NCBI GenBank assembly: GCA_964016885.1 | Contig: OZ024742.1 | Span: 376,588,001-376,652,000 of the forward strand | Source: Eledone cirrhosa | Taxonomy: Eukaryota | Direction of reading: 5' to 3' | Length of the DNA: 64,000 nucleotides | Part shown: positions 42,570 to 54,787 of the stretch, piece by piece | Numbering within the stretch: the stretch's first letter is position 1 | How the letters are laid out: every line of letters starts with the position of its first letter | The notes under the pieces: model-generated | Database searches by the model: none | Seen by the model: only the letters and a program-made list of their open reading frames with translations | What the model was told of the DNA's origin: nothing | Position numbers and translations under genes: made by a program

Positions 42570-45276
42570 GGGTCCGACAGGAGCAACTGGAGAGATGTGC
42601 TGGGTCCTCACGGCACAGGGAAGCTGAACTCTAACGGCCTCATACTGTTGAGTTTCTGCACCGAGAACAACCTCGCCATCACCAGCACACTGTTCCGCCA
42701 GGCAGACAAGTTCAAGACGATGTGGATGCACCCTAGATCCAAACAGTCGCATCTGATTGACTTTGCCATATGCCGCAGGAGGGACATCCGTGACGTCAGA
42801 ATCACCAGGGCCATGCGTGGTGCAGAGTGTTGGTGCATTACCTTGTCAGGACCATCCTTCGACGTCGCACGACTCAAGCAGCCAGAGCATCGTGATGCAT
42901 TCGTGGAAGACCTGGATGGCCGGCCGACTGCACATGGACCACTGACCGGACCCTCAATTCAACAGTGGGACCAGTTCAGGTCGCTGGTGACAGTCAGCCA
43001 AGGCAACCATCGGACCGAGGAAGAGAGTCTACCAGGACTGGTTTGATGAAAATGATGAGCGCATCAGATAACTCCTGGATGAGAAGAGGAGGGCTTTCAT
43101 TGAATGGCAGAATGACAGCTCCTCCACCTCGAAGCACGACTGCTTCAATCACCTCCAGAGGCAGACCCAAGCAGCGCTACGCAGAATTCAGGACAAGTGG
43201 TGGGAAAAGAAGGCCGAAGAAGTCGAGAGATACGCTGACACAAAGAACTCCAAGATGTTCTTCAGCGCCATCGGGGACGTCTACGGAGCCCCCAAACCTG
43301 TCACCACACCGCTGCTGTCTGCTGACGGCTCGATCCTGCTGAAGGAGAAGAGCAGCATCAACTCGAGGTGGAAGAGCACTTTAGCAACCTGCTCAACAGA
43401 CCCTCCACTGTTGACCCTGCCGCCCTCGACCAGGTCCCACAGAAGCCCGTAGTCGGCAGCCTCGACCCCCCCCCCCCCCCCCCCCACATTGGATGAAGTC
43501 ATGAAGGCAATCAACCAGACCAGTTCAGGAAAAGCCCCTGGGAAGGACGGGATTCCTGCCGAGATCTTCAAGTCGGCCAGTCCAGCTGCCCTAGGGGCTT
43601 TCCACACCCTCCTCGTCAGCATATGGGAGGAAGAAGAAGTGCCCAAAGGCTTCAGGGATTCCACAGTTGTCTCACATTTTAAGAACAAAGGCAGCAAAAC
43701 TGACTGTGACAACTATCGGGGCATTTCTCTCCTGTCCATCGCTGGGAAGGTCCTGGCTCAGGTCATGCTCAACCGCCTCATTGCCAACATCTCGGAGGAC
43801 AACCTGCCTGAGGCCCAGTGTGGGTTCCTCCCAAACCACAGCGCAATCGACATGATCTTCTCTGTATGCCAGGTACAGGAGAAGTGTGTCGAGCAGAACA
43901 TGGACCTCTTTGCCGTCTTCATAGACTTGATGAAGGCATTCGACACTGTCAACAGGGAAGCACTCTGGTGAATCCTGTTGAAGTTTGCATGCCCAACAAA
44001 GTTTGTGAACCTGATACAGCAATTCCATGACTACATGACCAGGCAGGTACGCTCAGGCGGAGAGGAATCGGAGCCGTTCGGAATCACCAACGGCATCAAG
44101 CAAGGATGCGTGCTGGCTCCCGTCCTCTTCAACCTGTTCTTCACCTGTGTGCTCAATCATGCCGTCAGGGACCTCAAGCACGGAGTGTATCTGCAATACA
44201 GACTGGACGGCTCCCTGTTTGACCTGCAGCGCCTGACGGCCAAGACAAGGACCGTGCAGAGGATCGTCCTGGAGGCACTTTTTGCTGACGACTGTGCCCT
44301 CATGGCCCACTCATCGTCAACAAGTTTGCGGAGGCCTCCTGCCTCTTCGGTCTCACAATTAGCCTTGGCAAGATTGAGGTCCTGTTCCAGCTTGCATCTG
44401 TCTCCGTTGCCCACCCTCCTTCCATCTCCATCGGAGGCACCCAGCTAAAGACGGTAGACGACTCCAAGTACCTCGGTAGTGTCATCAGCAGCGATGGAAG
44501 CCTCAACAAGGAGATAAATGCCAGGATCTGCAAGGCCAGTCAAGCCCTCAGCCGCCTGAGGACATGCGTCCTGAACCAGCACAACATTAGGCAGTCCACC
44601 AAGCTCAAGGTGTATAGGGCCGTTGTACTCACCAGCCTCCTCTATGGATGTGAGACATGGACCCTGTACAGAAGGCACCTGAAGCAGCTGGAACGGTTCC
44701 ACATGCGCAGCCTGCGGTCAATAATGAACATCAAATGACAGGACAAGGTCTCCAACCTTGAAGTTCTTGAGATGGCTGAGACAACCAGTGTCGAAGCTAT
44801 GATACAGAAGAGCCAACTTCGATGGGTGGGACATGTCATCTGGATGGACGATGACAGGCTTCTGAAGCAGGCTTCTGAAGCAACTGATGTATGGGGAACT
44901 CTGTTCGGGGAAACGAAAGCAGGGCAGGCCTCTCAAGAGGTTCAAAGACTGCGTGAAGTCCAGTAACAACAACACTGGAATCGCGCCAAAACAACTCGAG
45001 TCTCATGCTCAGGACAGGACTGAGTGGCGAGTCCTTACCAGACGCGCCAAAGACTCTTTTGAAGAGAAGAGACGGGCAGAGGTCACTGAGGCCCGTGAAA
45101 GGAGGAGATAGGCATCAACAGCTGCCCCAAGTGACTCCGGTCTCTTCCTCTGCCTCCACTGTCCCCAGACTTGCAAGTCAAGGATCGGCCTCCACAGCCA
45201 CTTTCGTGCCCATGGCAGACAGGAACTAAAATAAAGAAGATGTCATCATCGTTTACGATGGACAACCAAGATGAAG
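42570..45276 (+). mobile_element. 5'-truncated, frameshifted RTE-clade LINE (APE endonuclease end, RT, C-terminal C2H2 finger) inserted into a Meta-like SINE
   Basis: NSNGLILLSFC..HLIDF, KAPGKDGIPAE, NYRGISLLS, QCGF, DLMKAFD, GIKQGCVLAP, LFADD, KYLG, CLHCPQTCKSRIGLHSHFRAH. 3' stem-loop catcgtttacgatg and an AAG-rich tail. TSD atattctaagtt/atattctgtgtt. Confidence 0.95.
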
Positions 45277-45422
45277 ATATTCTGTGTTCAAATCCTGCTA
45301 AGGTAACTTTGCTTTTTATTCTTTAGGGATGAAATAAATTAGAAATCAATATTTAACATTACATCTCAGTAAAATCAATGAATCAATGCTGTGATTTCCT
45401 TAAACCCACCTGATTAACAGTG

Positions 45423-45474
<52 letters not shown>

Positions 45475-45520
45475 GGAATAGAATGAAACGAAATTTCATT
45501 TCTCACTCTTAGTACGGCAC

Positions 45521-45885
45521 TTACTTAAATGTATGTATGTATGTATGTATACGTACATACATATATGTATACAGACGTACAGTAGTATGTATATACATAC
45601 ATACATGCACACATATATATATATGCACGTATCAGTTTGCCGAACATTTATTATAATGCTCGGTTTGTTTGTTTGTAAACACTGTACGGCGTAATTCGGG
45701 CTGTTTGTTTGTTTACAAACAAACAAACCGAGCATTATAATAAATGTTCGGTAAACCGATACGTGCATATATATATATGTGTGCATGTATGTATCATCAT
45801 CATCAGTATATATATACATACTACTGTACGTCTGTATACATATATGTATGTACGTATACATACATACATACTTACATTTAAGTAA
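45521..45885. repeat. Large palindrome with ~160-bp arms
   Basis: ccgaacatttattataatgctcggtttgtttgtttgtaaaca and tgtttacaaacaaacaaaccgagcattataataaatgttcgg are reverse complements, as are the flanking microsatellite-like arms. Confidence 0.92.
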
Positions 45886-45923
45886 ATCTTAACCATTTAA
45901 CATCTCAGGGTATGTCATGTATC

Positions 45924-45986
45924 ATTATATTTTGTCTGATGAGGACGTACTGTTGTACATCCGAAATATGTATAATAAAATGTAAT
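45924..45986 (+). ncRNA. Type I hammerhead ribozyme
   Basis: Stem I attatattttgt/ataaaatgtaat (12 bp with 2 G-U); CTGATGA (45936-45942); stem II ggacgtac-tgtt-gtacatcc; GAAA-T-ATGT-ATA. Predicted cleavage after 45974. Confidence 0.85.
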
Positions 45987-46319
45987 TGATCAAAAGAACA
46001 TCTATTTTATTAATATTTATATTTTAATATTAATAACTCCTGAAATTATTTACCGTAGAGTGCTTCCAATCTACTGTAAAACTCATTCTTTGACATACTC
46101 ATTGAATCTTGTTTAACACTTTAATAAATATATATATGTATGTATACGTACATACATATATGTATACAGACGTATATATATTAAAGAGTTAAACAAGATT
46201 CAATGAGTACATCAACGAATGAGTTTTACAGTAGATTGGAAGCACTCTACGGTAAATAATTTTCCAGAGTTATTAATATTAAAATACAAATATTAATAAA
46301 ATAGATGTTCTTTTGATCA

Positions 46320-46382
46320 ATTACATTTTATTATACATATTTCGGATGTACAACAGTACATCCTCATCAGACAAAATATAAT
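46320..46382 (-). ncRNA. Type I hammerhead ribozyme (inverted copy, perfect stem II)
   Basis: The minus strand reads attatattttgt-CTGATGA-ggatgtac-tgtt-gtacatcc-GAAA-tatgtata-ataaaatgtaat. Confidence 0.87.
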
Positions 46383-46919
46383 GACACATGACATACCCTG
46401 AGATGTTAAATGGTTAAGATTTAATCAAGGTAGTGATTAACCTAAGAGAAAATTTAACATTTATACCCTAATTATGAGAAAATTGCGAAAACGTAATAAA
46501 TTCATTAGAGAATGTGTGAGTAAGAAAAACGTTGCTTAATGTAACAGTTATAGAGATTTTAAAATGTATGATACTACAATTTATGTAGGAAAACATCTCA
46601 TGAATCATAACAGCCAGTGATAGCCCCTGGAAAAGGATTTATAAAGAGGGAAAGATAAGGGGGGGGGGGGTGATATATGCAGAAGGAGATTTTTTCCGAA
46701 AGTTAAACGGTTAAATTTGAAAATATTTAATTTATAATATTAGGGTGAAAACTCAAGATTTCGGGATTTTTTTGCTGGTTATATATTAGTTTTATAAATT
46801 CTATAAGTGTATTAACATTTCTAAGCTTCTGAGTTTAATGAGGGTAACATTTAAAGGATTTAGCTGGCACATCAAGAATGAAATTTTATACTGTTGATTA
46901 TTTTCCTAAATTTAAACTT

Positions 46920-47229
46920 TAACAAAGATACCAACATCTTAGGTATGTAAAGCTTTTGAAGTACTTATTGTTAGAAATATTTAAATAACGATTATGTATA
47001 TAGATATATGTTAATGAGCCAGTATATTTTAGGTAAATAGTAATAACGAAAATAAAAATAAAATAAAATAATAGATTGAGGCATGTTAAGGTTAAATATA
47101 CACCTATATAAAACTGGGTGTAAATATATTAATTATTCTCTAACAAAGATACCAACATATTAGGTATGTAAAGCTTCTGAAGTATTTATTGTTAGAAATA
47201 TTTAAATAATGATTATGTATATAGATATA
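46920..47229. repeat. ~90-bp direct repeat
   Basis: taacaaagataccaacat.ttaggtatgtaaagctt.tgaagta.ttattgttagaaatatttaaataa.gattatgtatatagatatat occurs at 46920 and 47141. Confidence 0.85.
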
Positions 47230-48082
47230 TATTATATATGATTATGTATATATTATATATGATTATGTATATAGATATATATGTATATAGATTATGTATA
47301 TAGATATATATTATATATGGTGTGAATTGGGATCATTTTATCATGATAGCACTACTACCAATTAACAGGGTAGAATGGAGAGATGCCGTGCTAAATAGGA
47401 CCCATCCCACCCTTGTAAGCAGGGAAAAACGAACGTGAAATGATGATGATGATCCATATGTGGTTGACAGCTGAGAGAAAAGAGTACTCAATACTGAAGT
47501 AGAGTTTTAATATTCATTTTATTAAGGCTGAAAAGTGAGTTTTATTACTCTGGAGTTTCACCTGTTTATCACAGGGTACCCTTTCTAATGCCAACCACTT
47601 CATGGTGTGTACTGGGTGACTTTTATCATGATACCTCCACTGCCACCTAACAGGGTGGACTGGGTGACTTTTATCATGATACCTCCACTGCCACCTAACA
47701 TCGCACCAGCACTATGGCCATACATTAGAAAATATAAAGAAAAACAATATCCACACATTTTAGCTCTTCAGATCTTAAGATAATTATAACCCCTCATCTA
47801 AATATTGTTAATTTCCTTAATATTGCATTGGATTTAACTTCCAGCATAAACTTCTAAAATACCAGGAATTAGGAGCAAACTATTTCTTCCCCTATGTGGC
47901 ATTTGAGACATTTGGGGATGTTTGGTGGCTGACAGCAAAGTTCTTGTCATCGTTGGCAGTTCACTCTACTGACATATCAGGTGAGGCTCTTGTCAGGATA
48001 CTTGGCTATTTCAGTGTCTTAGTCTCTACCTGTGGCAATGCTGCAAGTGTGTTGCCTTGCCTCAAACATTATTAGAGATAAG

Positions 48083-48270
48083 AAGGTGGATTGGAAGTAT
48101 CGGTAGAGGGACGCCATGCTTTGAGGTATAGAGTTACAGCCCTTGCGATTCTGAGTTCAAATCCCGCCAAGGTTAACTTTGCCATTCATCCTTACGGGGT
48201 CGATAAAATAAAGTACCAGTAATACACTGAGATAATTGCTGGCCTTGTGCCAAAAGTAGAAACAATTATT
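48083..48270 (+). mobile_element. Meta-like tRNA SINE
   Basis: ggtggattggaagtatcggtagag (A-box), gagttcaaatccc (B-box), tttcatcc-type Meta-like domain and an ATT tail. Confidence 0.88.
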
Positions 48271-48357
48271 AGAGAAAAGCTCCAACACTCCTTGTTTTGG
48301 CGTGTAATTGAATGTGTGAATCTTCTCCCTCACTGCATTCTTCTTTTCTTAGTACTG

Positions 48358-50215
48358 TCATCATCATCATCATCATCGTTTAACGTCCATTTTCCACGCT
48401 AGCATGGGTTTGGACGGGAATTGTCCCACTTGAGGCAAGACTGGATGTCTTGCTCAGGATTGTCTGGCGGGTTTTCTACGCTGGATGCCCTTCCTAACAC
48501 CAACCACGTTTACAGTGTGTACTGGGAGGTTTTTACCGTGTTACCTACACGGCCACATTACAGCGTGGACTGTGTGTTTTTTTGTCGTGACACCTACACA
48601 ACCTCATTTGTTTCGGACTGGATGTTGTGGTACCAACATAATTTCACATTTTAGGGGGTGGTGTGGATGGGGTGGGGGTAGTGGGACGGGGGTGTATTTT
48701 GTTAGAGGTGCCTACTGACTGTAGGTTTCGCTTTGTACTTAGGCAAGGCGGGTCTTCTGTATAACTGTGTAGCACCAAAGATCTCGGTCCAGTGACTTTG
48801 TCTTGGAGAGGTGTAAGTGTGTGAGGTCGGAATTTATCAAGTCGTCCCAGGTTTTTCTGGGTCTGCCTACTCCGTGGCTACCGTCTATTTTTATTGCCCT
48901 GCACTTTTTTTATACAGCTGTCGTCTTTCATGCGCATCACGTGACCGTACCAACGTAGTCTTCTCTCAAGTAAACAACATCTGATCCCTCTTATTCCTAA
49001 TTTCTCCCTTAGTTCGTTTATGCTTTGAGTTCACGTATATTACTATTACACATCCAGCGGAGCATGCAAGCTTCGTTTCCCTCCAGTCTGCGTATATCCT
49101 CTGCACACAATGCCCAGGTCTCACTGCCATGTAACATTGCTGTTCATATGCAGGCATCATACAGCCTGCCTTTCATTTTTAGAGAGAACCCTTTAGCGGC
49201 CAATAGTGGTATAAGCTCTCTGAACTTTTTCCATCCCGTTCTGACTCTAGCTACTGTACTTTCAGAGCACCCTCCCCCACTGCTGATTTTGTCACCCAGG
49301 TAATGGAAGCTGTCCATTATTTCTATAGAACCATCTGTGCAATGGAATGAGCTAGTATTCTGTGGGCACTTGCTGCTACTTATTGTACCAGAGCACCAGC
49401 CACATATAAAATCTATGTTCTTAGTTAGCTTACCTGTGATCCTACTACATCTTTTATGCACCCATATTTTGCATTTGGGACATAAAATGGAGTTTCTGCC
49501 TACTCCTTTCCTACACACTGAGCATGGCCATTTCCCAGATGGGACCGGTGCCCTATTTTCCTTCCTACAAACTAGAACTTTAGTCTTAGACAAGTTAACT
49601 TTAAGGCCTTTTGATTCTAGGCCATGCTTCCATGTTTGATTCAGCTATGAGCGTTAGATCATCTGCATATAGGAGTTCCCATGGGAAGCCGGTCTTGAAC
49701 TCCTCTGTTATAGCCTGAAGGGCAATAATAAATAGTAGGGGTCTAAGGACGGAGCCCTGATGAACACCAACTTTTACGCTAAACTCTTCACTATATTCGT
49801 TGTTAATTCTAACCTTGCTGGCGGTTTCTTTATACATGGCTTGTATAGCTCTGACAAGCCATTCATCAACACCTAGTTTTCTAAGGGCCCACCAGATAAT
49901 CGAGCGGGGTACTCTGTCAAAGGCTTTCTCCAAGTCAACAAAGGCTAAGTATAGGGTTTACTTTTAGCTAGGTACTTCTCCTGTAGTTGTCATACAATGA
50001 AAAGAGCGTCTGTTGTACTTTTACCTGACACAAACCCGAATTGCATTTCGTCTAGATCAATTCGCTCTCTGATTAGTTGCGCTATAACTCTTTCTGTAAC
50101 CTTCATGACCTGATAAATTAATTTAATGCCTCTGCGCCAGTCCTTCGGAACGACCCCATTCTGTATGACTTGGTTTACTATCCGAGTGACCATAGTGTGT
50201 CCCACTGTTCCAGAT
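48358..50215 (-). mobile_element. 5'-truncated RTE-like LINE with a PHD-like Cys-rich insert in the RT region, 3' UTR and (GAT)n tail
   Basis: QFGF, DLEKAFDRVPR, GVHQGSVL, LLYADD, then WPCSVC..NSILCPKCKIWVHKRC..FICGWC, FHYLGD, and a GRPRKTW-type C-terminus. Tail ggacgttaaac(GAT)n. Confidence 0.93.
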
Positions 50216-50400
50216 GTACTGTATATATATATATCAGCATTGTCTTATTCATTACATAAACTGTATTGACACTGTGATATTAATAAAATAACTCTTATAA
50301 TTAAAAAACAAAAAAATCTTATATGAATTCACATATCATTTTTTGTAATAAAGTTTGATATCATAATGTTTATTTTTTATTCCCATTTTTAACCAGTAAG

Positions 50401-50458
50401 CTAGTAATCTAACTATAATCTAGTAATCTAACTATAATCTAGTAATCTAACTCTAATC
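50401..50458. repeat. 19-bp tandem repeat x3 (CTAGTAATCTAACTATAAT)
   Basis: Directly visible. Confidence 0.85.
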
Positions 50459-50613
50459 CAGCCAGTATATTGATATATATTGAACATTTTTATCAAACCA
50501 GCCTATGGCTTTAACACTAAATTTCTTCACTCTGTGACAATATATGTTTTAATATATTGACATTATATTTAACTAACAAAAAGTTATCGCTCTACATGGC
50601 TGAATACAATAAA

Positions 50614-50861
50614 TGTAATCGGAGTTTTTCGAATATCAATAATAATATTTGATTCGTTTGCAATTATGCAAACAGCCTCTTTTTAAAGCCATGTCAATAG
50701 AATGAACCGCTCATTCTTGCTCTTGTGCAGTTCTATTTACATGCCAACACAAGAGCAAGAATGAGGGGCTCATTCCACTGACATGGCTTAAAAAAGAGGC
50801 TGTTTGCATAATTGCAAATGAATCGAATATTATTATTAATATTTGAAAAACTCAGATTACA
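50614..50861. mobile_element. Fold-back MITE-like palindrome, ~115-bp arms and ~20-bp loop
   Basis: tgtaatcggagtttttc...tttgcaattatgcaaacagcctctttt...cattcttgctcttgtg pairs with cacaagagcaagaatg...aaaagaggctgtttgcataattgcaaa...gaaaaactcagattaca. Confidence 0.75.
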
Positions 50862-51211
50862 ACATTATATTTATTAATCAGAAACTGTGTGGTGTCATCC
50901 TTAATTCTTGTTTTAACCTTACAGGACTGCATTTTGAATGAAATACACTTTGTTTCAGTTAATTAATGAAGAATTTCAAGGGATTTACTAATTATTTCAT
51001 TACTAAGAAAGTAACTTAATGTAAGGTTCTTATATAAAATTGTGTTGGAGGATTTTAATTTAAATGGGAAACCTTTAAAACGGGTGGTTTTATAAAAACA
51101 GAACTGGTTTTGACCGGTTGGTAACTAAAGAGTTGATAATGTATATTAATTAGAACAGAAAGACAGACAACTCTTGTGGAGATTGGCTTGTGATTTTGGT
51201 GCTCATATTAA

Positions 51212-51432
51212 CCCTTTAGCATTTAAACCGGCCATATCCGGTCAGAATTCTCTCACTTCTTTCTGTTCTAATTGGCTGTAACCAGCTGCTCATACTTATG
51301 TTAAGGTATTGTTTTCAAAATAAATAACATCAAAATCTCATAGATTCAGTATTATGTGAGATAATTATGTAAGATAAAGTTTTTACCACAAAAATACAAT
51401 AGTATATATAGAGTAATGTAAATGCTAAAGGG
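51212..51432. mobile_element. piggyBac-like MITE
   Basis: TTAA|ccctttagcattta ... taaatgctaaaggg|TTAA: 14-bp TIR, CCC ends and a TTAA target duplication. Confidence 0.85.
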
Positions 51433-51595
51433 TTAAATCACAATACAATATTAATATTCATTTTGATGGTAAAATATTAAAGATTAAGATTTTTCTCTCT
51501 TTTTTGTCCAATATTTATTTTTCATTGATCATTGCTAAACAAATAAAATTCTAAAGTATCTTTATTTTGATTTTGGTCCAATAATTTCATTTTAG

Positions 51596-51786
51596 ATTTC
51601 AATATGTATCAAAGTAAAGATGGTGGCTTAAAATCTGGAGAAGATCTAACAAATAAAAAAAGGGGCTCTTTGATAGCCAGCAATGCATTAGACAAAGATC
51701 AGCCACGTGCTTCGATTGTGGAAGTGCCTACTGAAAACATGAAAGAACTATCACTTCAAAGGACTCTGCCAGAAAAGTATCCAATG
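51596..51786 (+). CDS. Probable next coding exon of the same IQCH-like gene
   Basis: ttttag| ... |gtaatt boundaries around an open, non-repetitive frame (FNMYQSKDGG...PEKYPM). It starts in phase 1, so joining to the 36611-36791 exon gives GAT in frame. I recognise no conserved motif here. Confidence 0.55.
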
Positions 51787-52536
51787 GTAATTGAATAAAA
51801 GATTAATTTTTCTTACATATTTAATTCCCTAACAGTAAAATTAGAGAAGAGAAGGAAAGTTAGCTGTGCGTGAGTCTATTGTGCTGCGGACTGTTACTTC
51901 ACATGCAATTTCTCAGAGATTTTGTTGTTTCTATGATAGATACTTAATGTATATTGTGGTTTATATAGTTTCAAGAGAAGCCATTACATGTTATATCTTA
52001 GCATCCATTTATAGCAGTGAAATTAACTTCCATTAACTTTTTGATGGAAGATATTTGTTGACATTGTGAGGCCTGTGATTTGTGAAAGAATTCAATAATG
52101 AAGCATCAACTAAATGTGGTTGCTTCAAGGGGTTTTGAGTCTAATCACACAACATATGTTCTGTTAAGCTGTCTCTATTTATGGGTTTAGTGTGGCCGTA
52201 TGGTTAAAGAGTTCACTTTATAATCATTAGATCACAGGTTTGATTTTACTGATTTTTACTGATGCCTGTGAAGATGCTTGGCTGTTTCAGCGCCTTAGCC
52301 TCACCATCATCCGTGGCATTGTTGCGAGCATTTTGGCTTGCCTCAAAGTGTTTTGTTAACCCGTATGATGTGATATGTGGTCAATTGTCGCACTTGGTGA
52401 TGAATTCCCCCCGTTTTTCTTCTTTTTTTTTGTTTTTTTATCTCTCTTTTTGCGTTTATATTTGTATATATTATATGTTTGTGTTTTTGTTCTGTAAGCA
52501 TTATATTAATAAGAAAATGTAGTTTGTTTATATATT

Positions 52537-52762
52537 ATCATCATCATCATCATCACCGTTTTACATCCGTTCTTCCATGCTAGCATGGGTTAGACGGGTT
52601 GTCCTGTTGTGGGCAGTGTCTGGTCGGCTGACCATGCCTTGCTCATGCAGGAACTGATTTTGGCTTGATTCCTACAGCTGGATGCCCTTCCTAACACCAA
52701 CCTCATTTACAGTGTGGGCTGGGTACTTTTTTCCATGGCACCTTCACGACCACTTTGCAGTG
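52537..52762 (-). mobile_element. CORE-like SINE 3' half
   Basis: Near-identical to 38100-38290, with a (CAT)n tail. Confidence 0.85.
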
Positions 52763-53546
52763 GGAGGGTGTGGGGAATATTGTCTATATGCTTCAGCTTC
52801 AGCTTGTACCCGTGGGAGGTCGGGTACTCTGTATTACTGCGTGACGCCAGAGATCACGGTCGTGTGTATTATATTATTATATTTTTATTATAGCCATCTG
52901 GAAAATATATTTTCTTAAAATTTATGTATATATTTATGTATATATAAGCCAGAATCAGTTCCCGTCCCACCCTTGCAAGCAGGGAAAAGCGGACGTAAAA
53001 TGATGATGATGATGATGATGATATTTGTAATGTTATTTATAAAACTGTGAATAAAATTTTTCATTAATAAACAGAGATAAGAATCATTTAACAAGGCAGA
53101 AGTTTGAGAGGGTTTTGGGGGCACAGTCCTTAAACACTCCTTCCAATGGGTCCTGTCAGAAGCAACTGTTTCCACAATCATTTAATGAGGCAGAAGTCTT
53201 TGTATTTAAGGGAGTAGATTTCCTTTTTTTTTGGTGGGAGGGATTATATATTTTTATTTGGTTAAGCATGCAGAAAAAGGGAGCAGTATTAGAAAGGGCT
53301 ATAAATGCCATAATTGAGAGGAAAGAGCAAGGACCCTTAGACAAATGAAGAGAGGGGGAAAGGAAGAGGGTTACAAATTTACTATAAGTGACATAATTGT
53401 CTCAGCTTTGTTATATTATTACTAGTTAATATATAATTATATTATTACTAGTTAATATGTAGTTATACTATTACTAGTTAATGTTGTTATATTATTGCTA
53501 GTTAATGTTGTTATATTATTACTAGTTAATATATAATTATATTATT

Positions 53547-54265
53547 GGTGCATTGCAGTTGTACAGAAGACCCAACTACCATTGCATACAAACCTACAGT
53601 CAGTAGGCACCTCTTAACTCAATGTACACCCCATCCCACGTCCTACCCTATCCTCCCTCTCGCGTTCTGTCCCCTGTGTCGATGACACAACAGTCCACAC
53701 TAAGGTGGCCATGTAGGAGACACGGTGAAAAGGCTCCCAGTCCACACTGTAAGGTGGCCATGTAGGAGACACGGTAAAAAGGCTCCCAGTCCACACTGTA
53801 AGGTGGCCATGTAGGAGACATGGTAAAAAGGCTCCCAGTCCACACTGTAAGGTGGCCATGTAGGAGACACGGTAAAAAGGCTCCCAGTCCACACTGTAAG
53901 GTGGCCATGTAGGAGACATGGTAAAAAGGCTCCCAGTCCACACTGTAAGGTGGCCATGTAGGAGACACGGTAAAAAGGCTCCCAGTCCACACTGTAAGGT
54001 GGCCATGTAGGAGACATGGTAAAAAGGCTCCCAGTCCACACTGTAAGGTGGCCATGTAGGAGACACGGTAAAAAGGCTCCCAGTCCACACTGTAAATGTG
54101 GTTGGTGTTACGAAGGGCATCCAGCTGTAAAAGAAAACCTGTCAGAGACACTTCCGTGTGAGCGCAACATGGTCTCCCGACCATTCCCGCATCAAATGGA
54201 ACAAAACCGTCCAACCCATGCTAGCTTGGAATATGGACGTTAAACGATGATGATGATGATGATGA
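53547..54265 (+). mobile_element. 3' end of the same RTE-like LINE family as 48358-50215, with an internal 49-bp minisatellite (8 copies)
   Basis: tacagaagaccc...aaacctacagtcagtaggcacctct is the reverse complement of 48703-48762. The unit cagtccacactgtaaggtggccatgtaggagacacggtaaaaaggctcc repeats at 49-bp spacing over 53691-54095. (GAT)n tail. Confidence 0.9.
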
Positions 54266-54596
54266 TTATTGCTAATTAATATATAATTATATTATTGCTA
54301 GTTAATATGTAGTTATATCATTACTAGTTAATATGTAGTTATATTATTACTAGTTAATATATAATTATATTATTACTAATTAATATGTAGTTATATTATT
54401 ACTAGTTAATATGTAGTTATATTATTGCTAGTTGATATACAAATATATTATTACTAGTTAATATATAATTATATTATTACTAATTAATATGTAGTTATAT
54501 TATTACTAGTTAATATGTAGTTATATTATTGCTAGTTGATATACAAATATATTATTACTAGTTAATATGTAGTTATATTATTACTAGTTAATATTA

Positions 54597-54787
54597 GGGC
54601 GGTGGATTGGCAGTATCGGTAGAGGGTCGGACGCCATGCTTTCCAGCGTAGTTACTTCCCTTTACGATCCGAGTTCAAATCCCGCCGAGGTTGACTTTGC
54701 CTTTCATCCTTACGGGGTCGATAACATAAAGTACCAGTAATACACTGGGTAATTGCTGGCCTTGTGCCTAAAGTAGAAACAATTATT
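54597..54787 (+). mobile_element. Full-length Meta-like tRNA SINE
   Basis: gggcggtggattggcagtatcggtagag, gagttcaaatcccg, gactttgcctttcatccttacggggtcgataa, ATT tail. Confidence 0.92.

Larger units (their letters stand above)
45883..46423. mobile_element. Inverted pair of ~240-bp Penelope pLTR-like repeats, each carrying a hammerhead
   Basis: 45883-46126 is the reverse complement of 46179-46423 with few mismatches. Confidence 0.8.

Noticed and set aside
46770-47000. Possible Penelope RT remnant on the minus strand (INSIKF/ISFLDV-like)
   Set aside because: It needs frameshifts in very AT-rich sequence and is too weak to call without a profile search.
52190-52260. Decayed tRNA-like SINE head
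   Set aside because: Only a loose A-box and B-box are present, with no recognisable body.
54597-54690. tRNA gene-like A and B boxes
   Set aside because: The box spacing does not give a cloverleaf and the sequence continues into a SINE body and tail.
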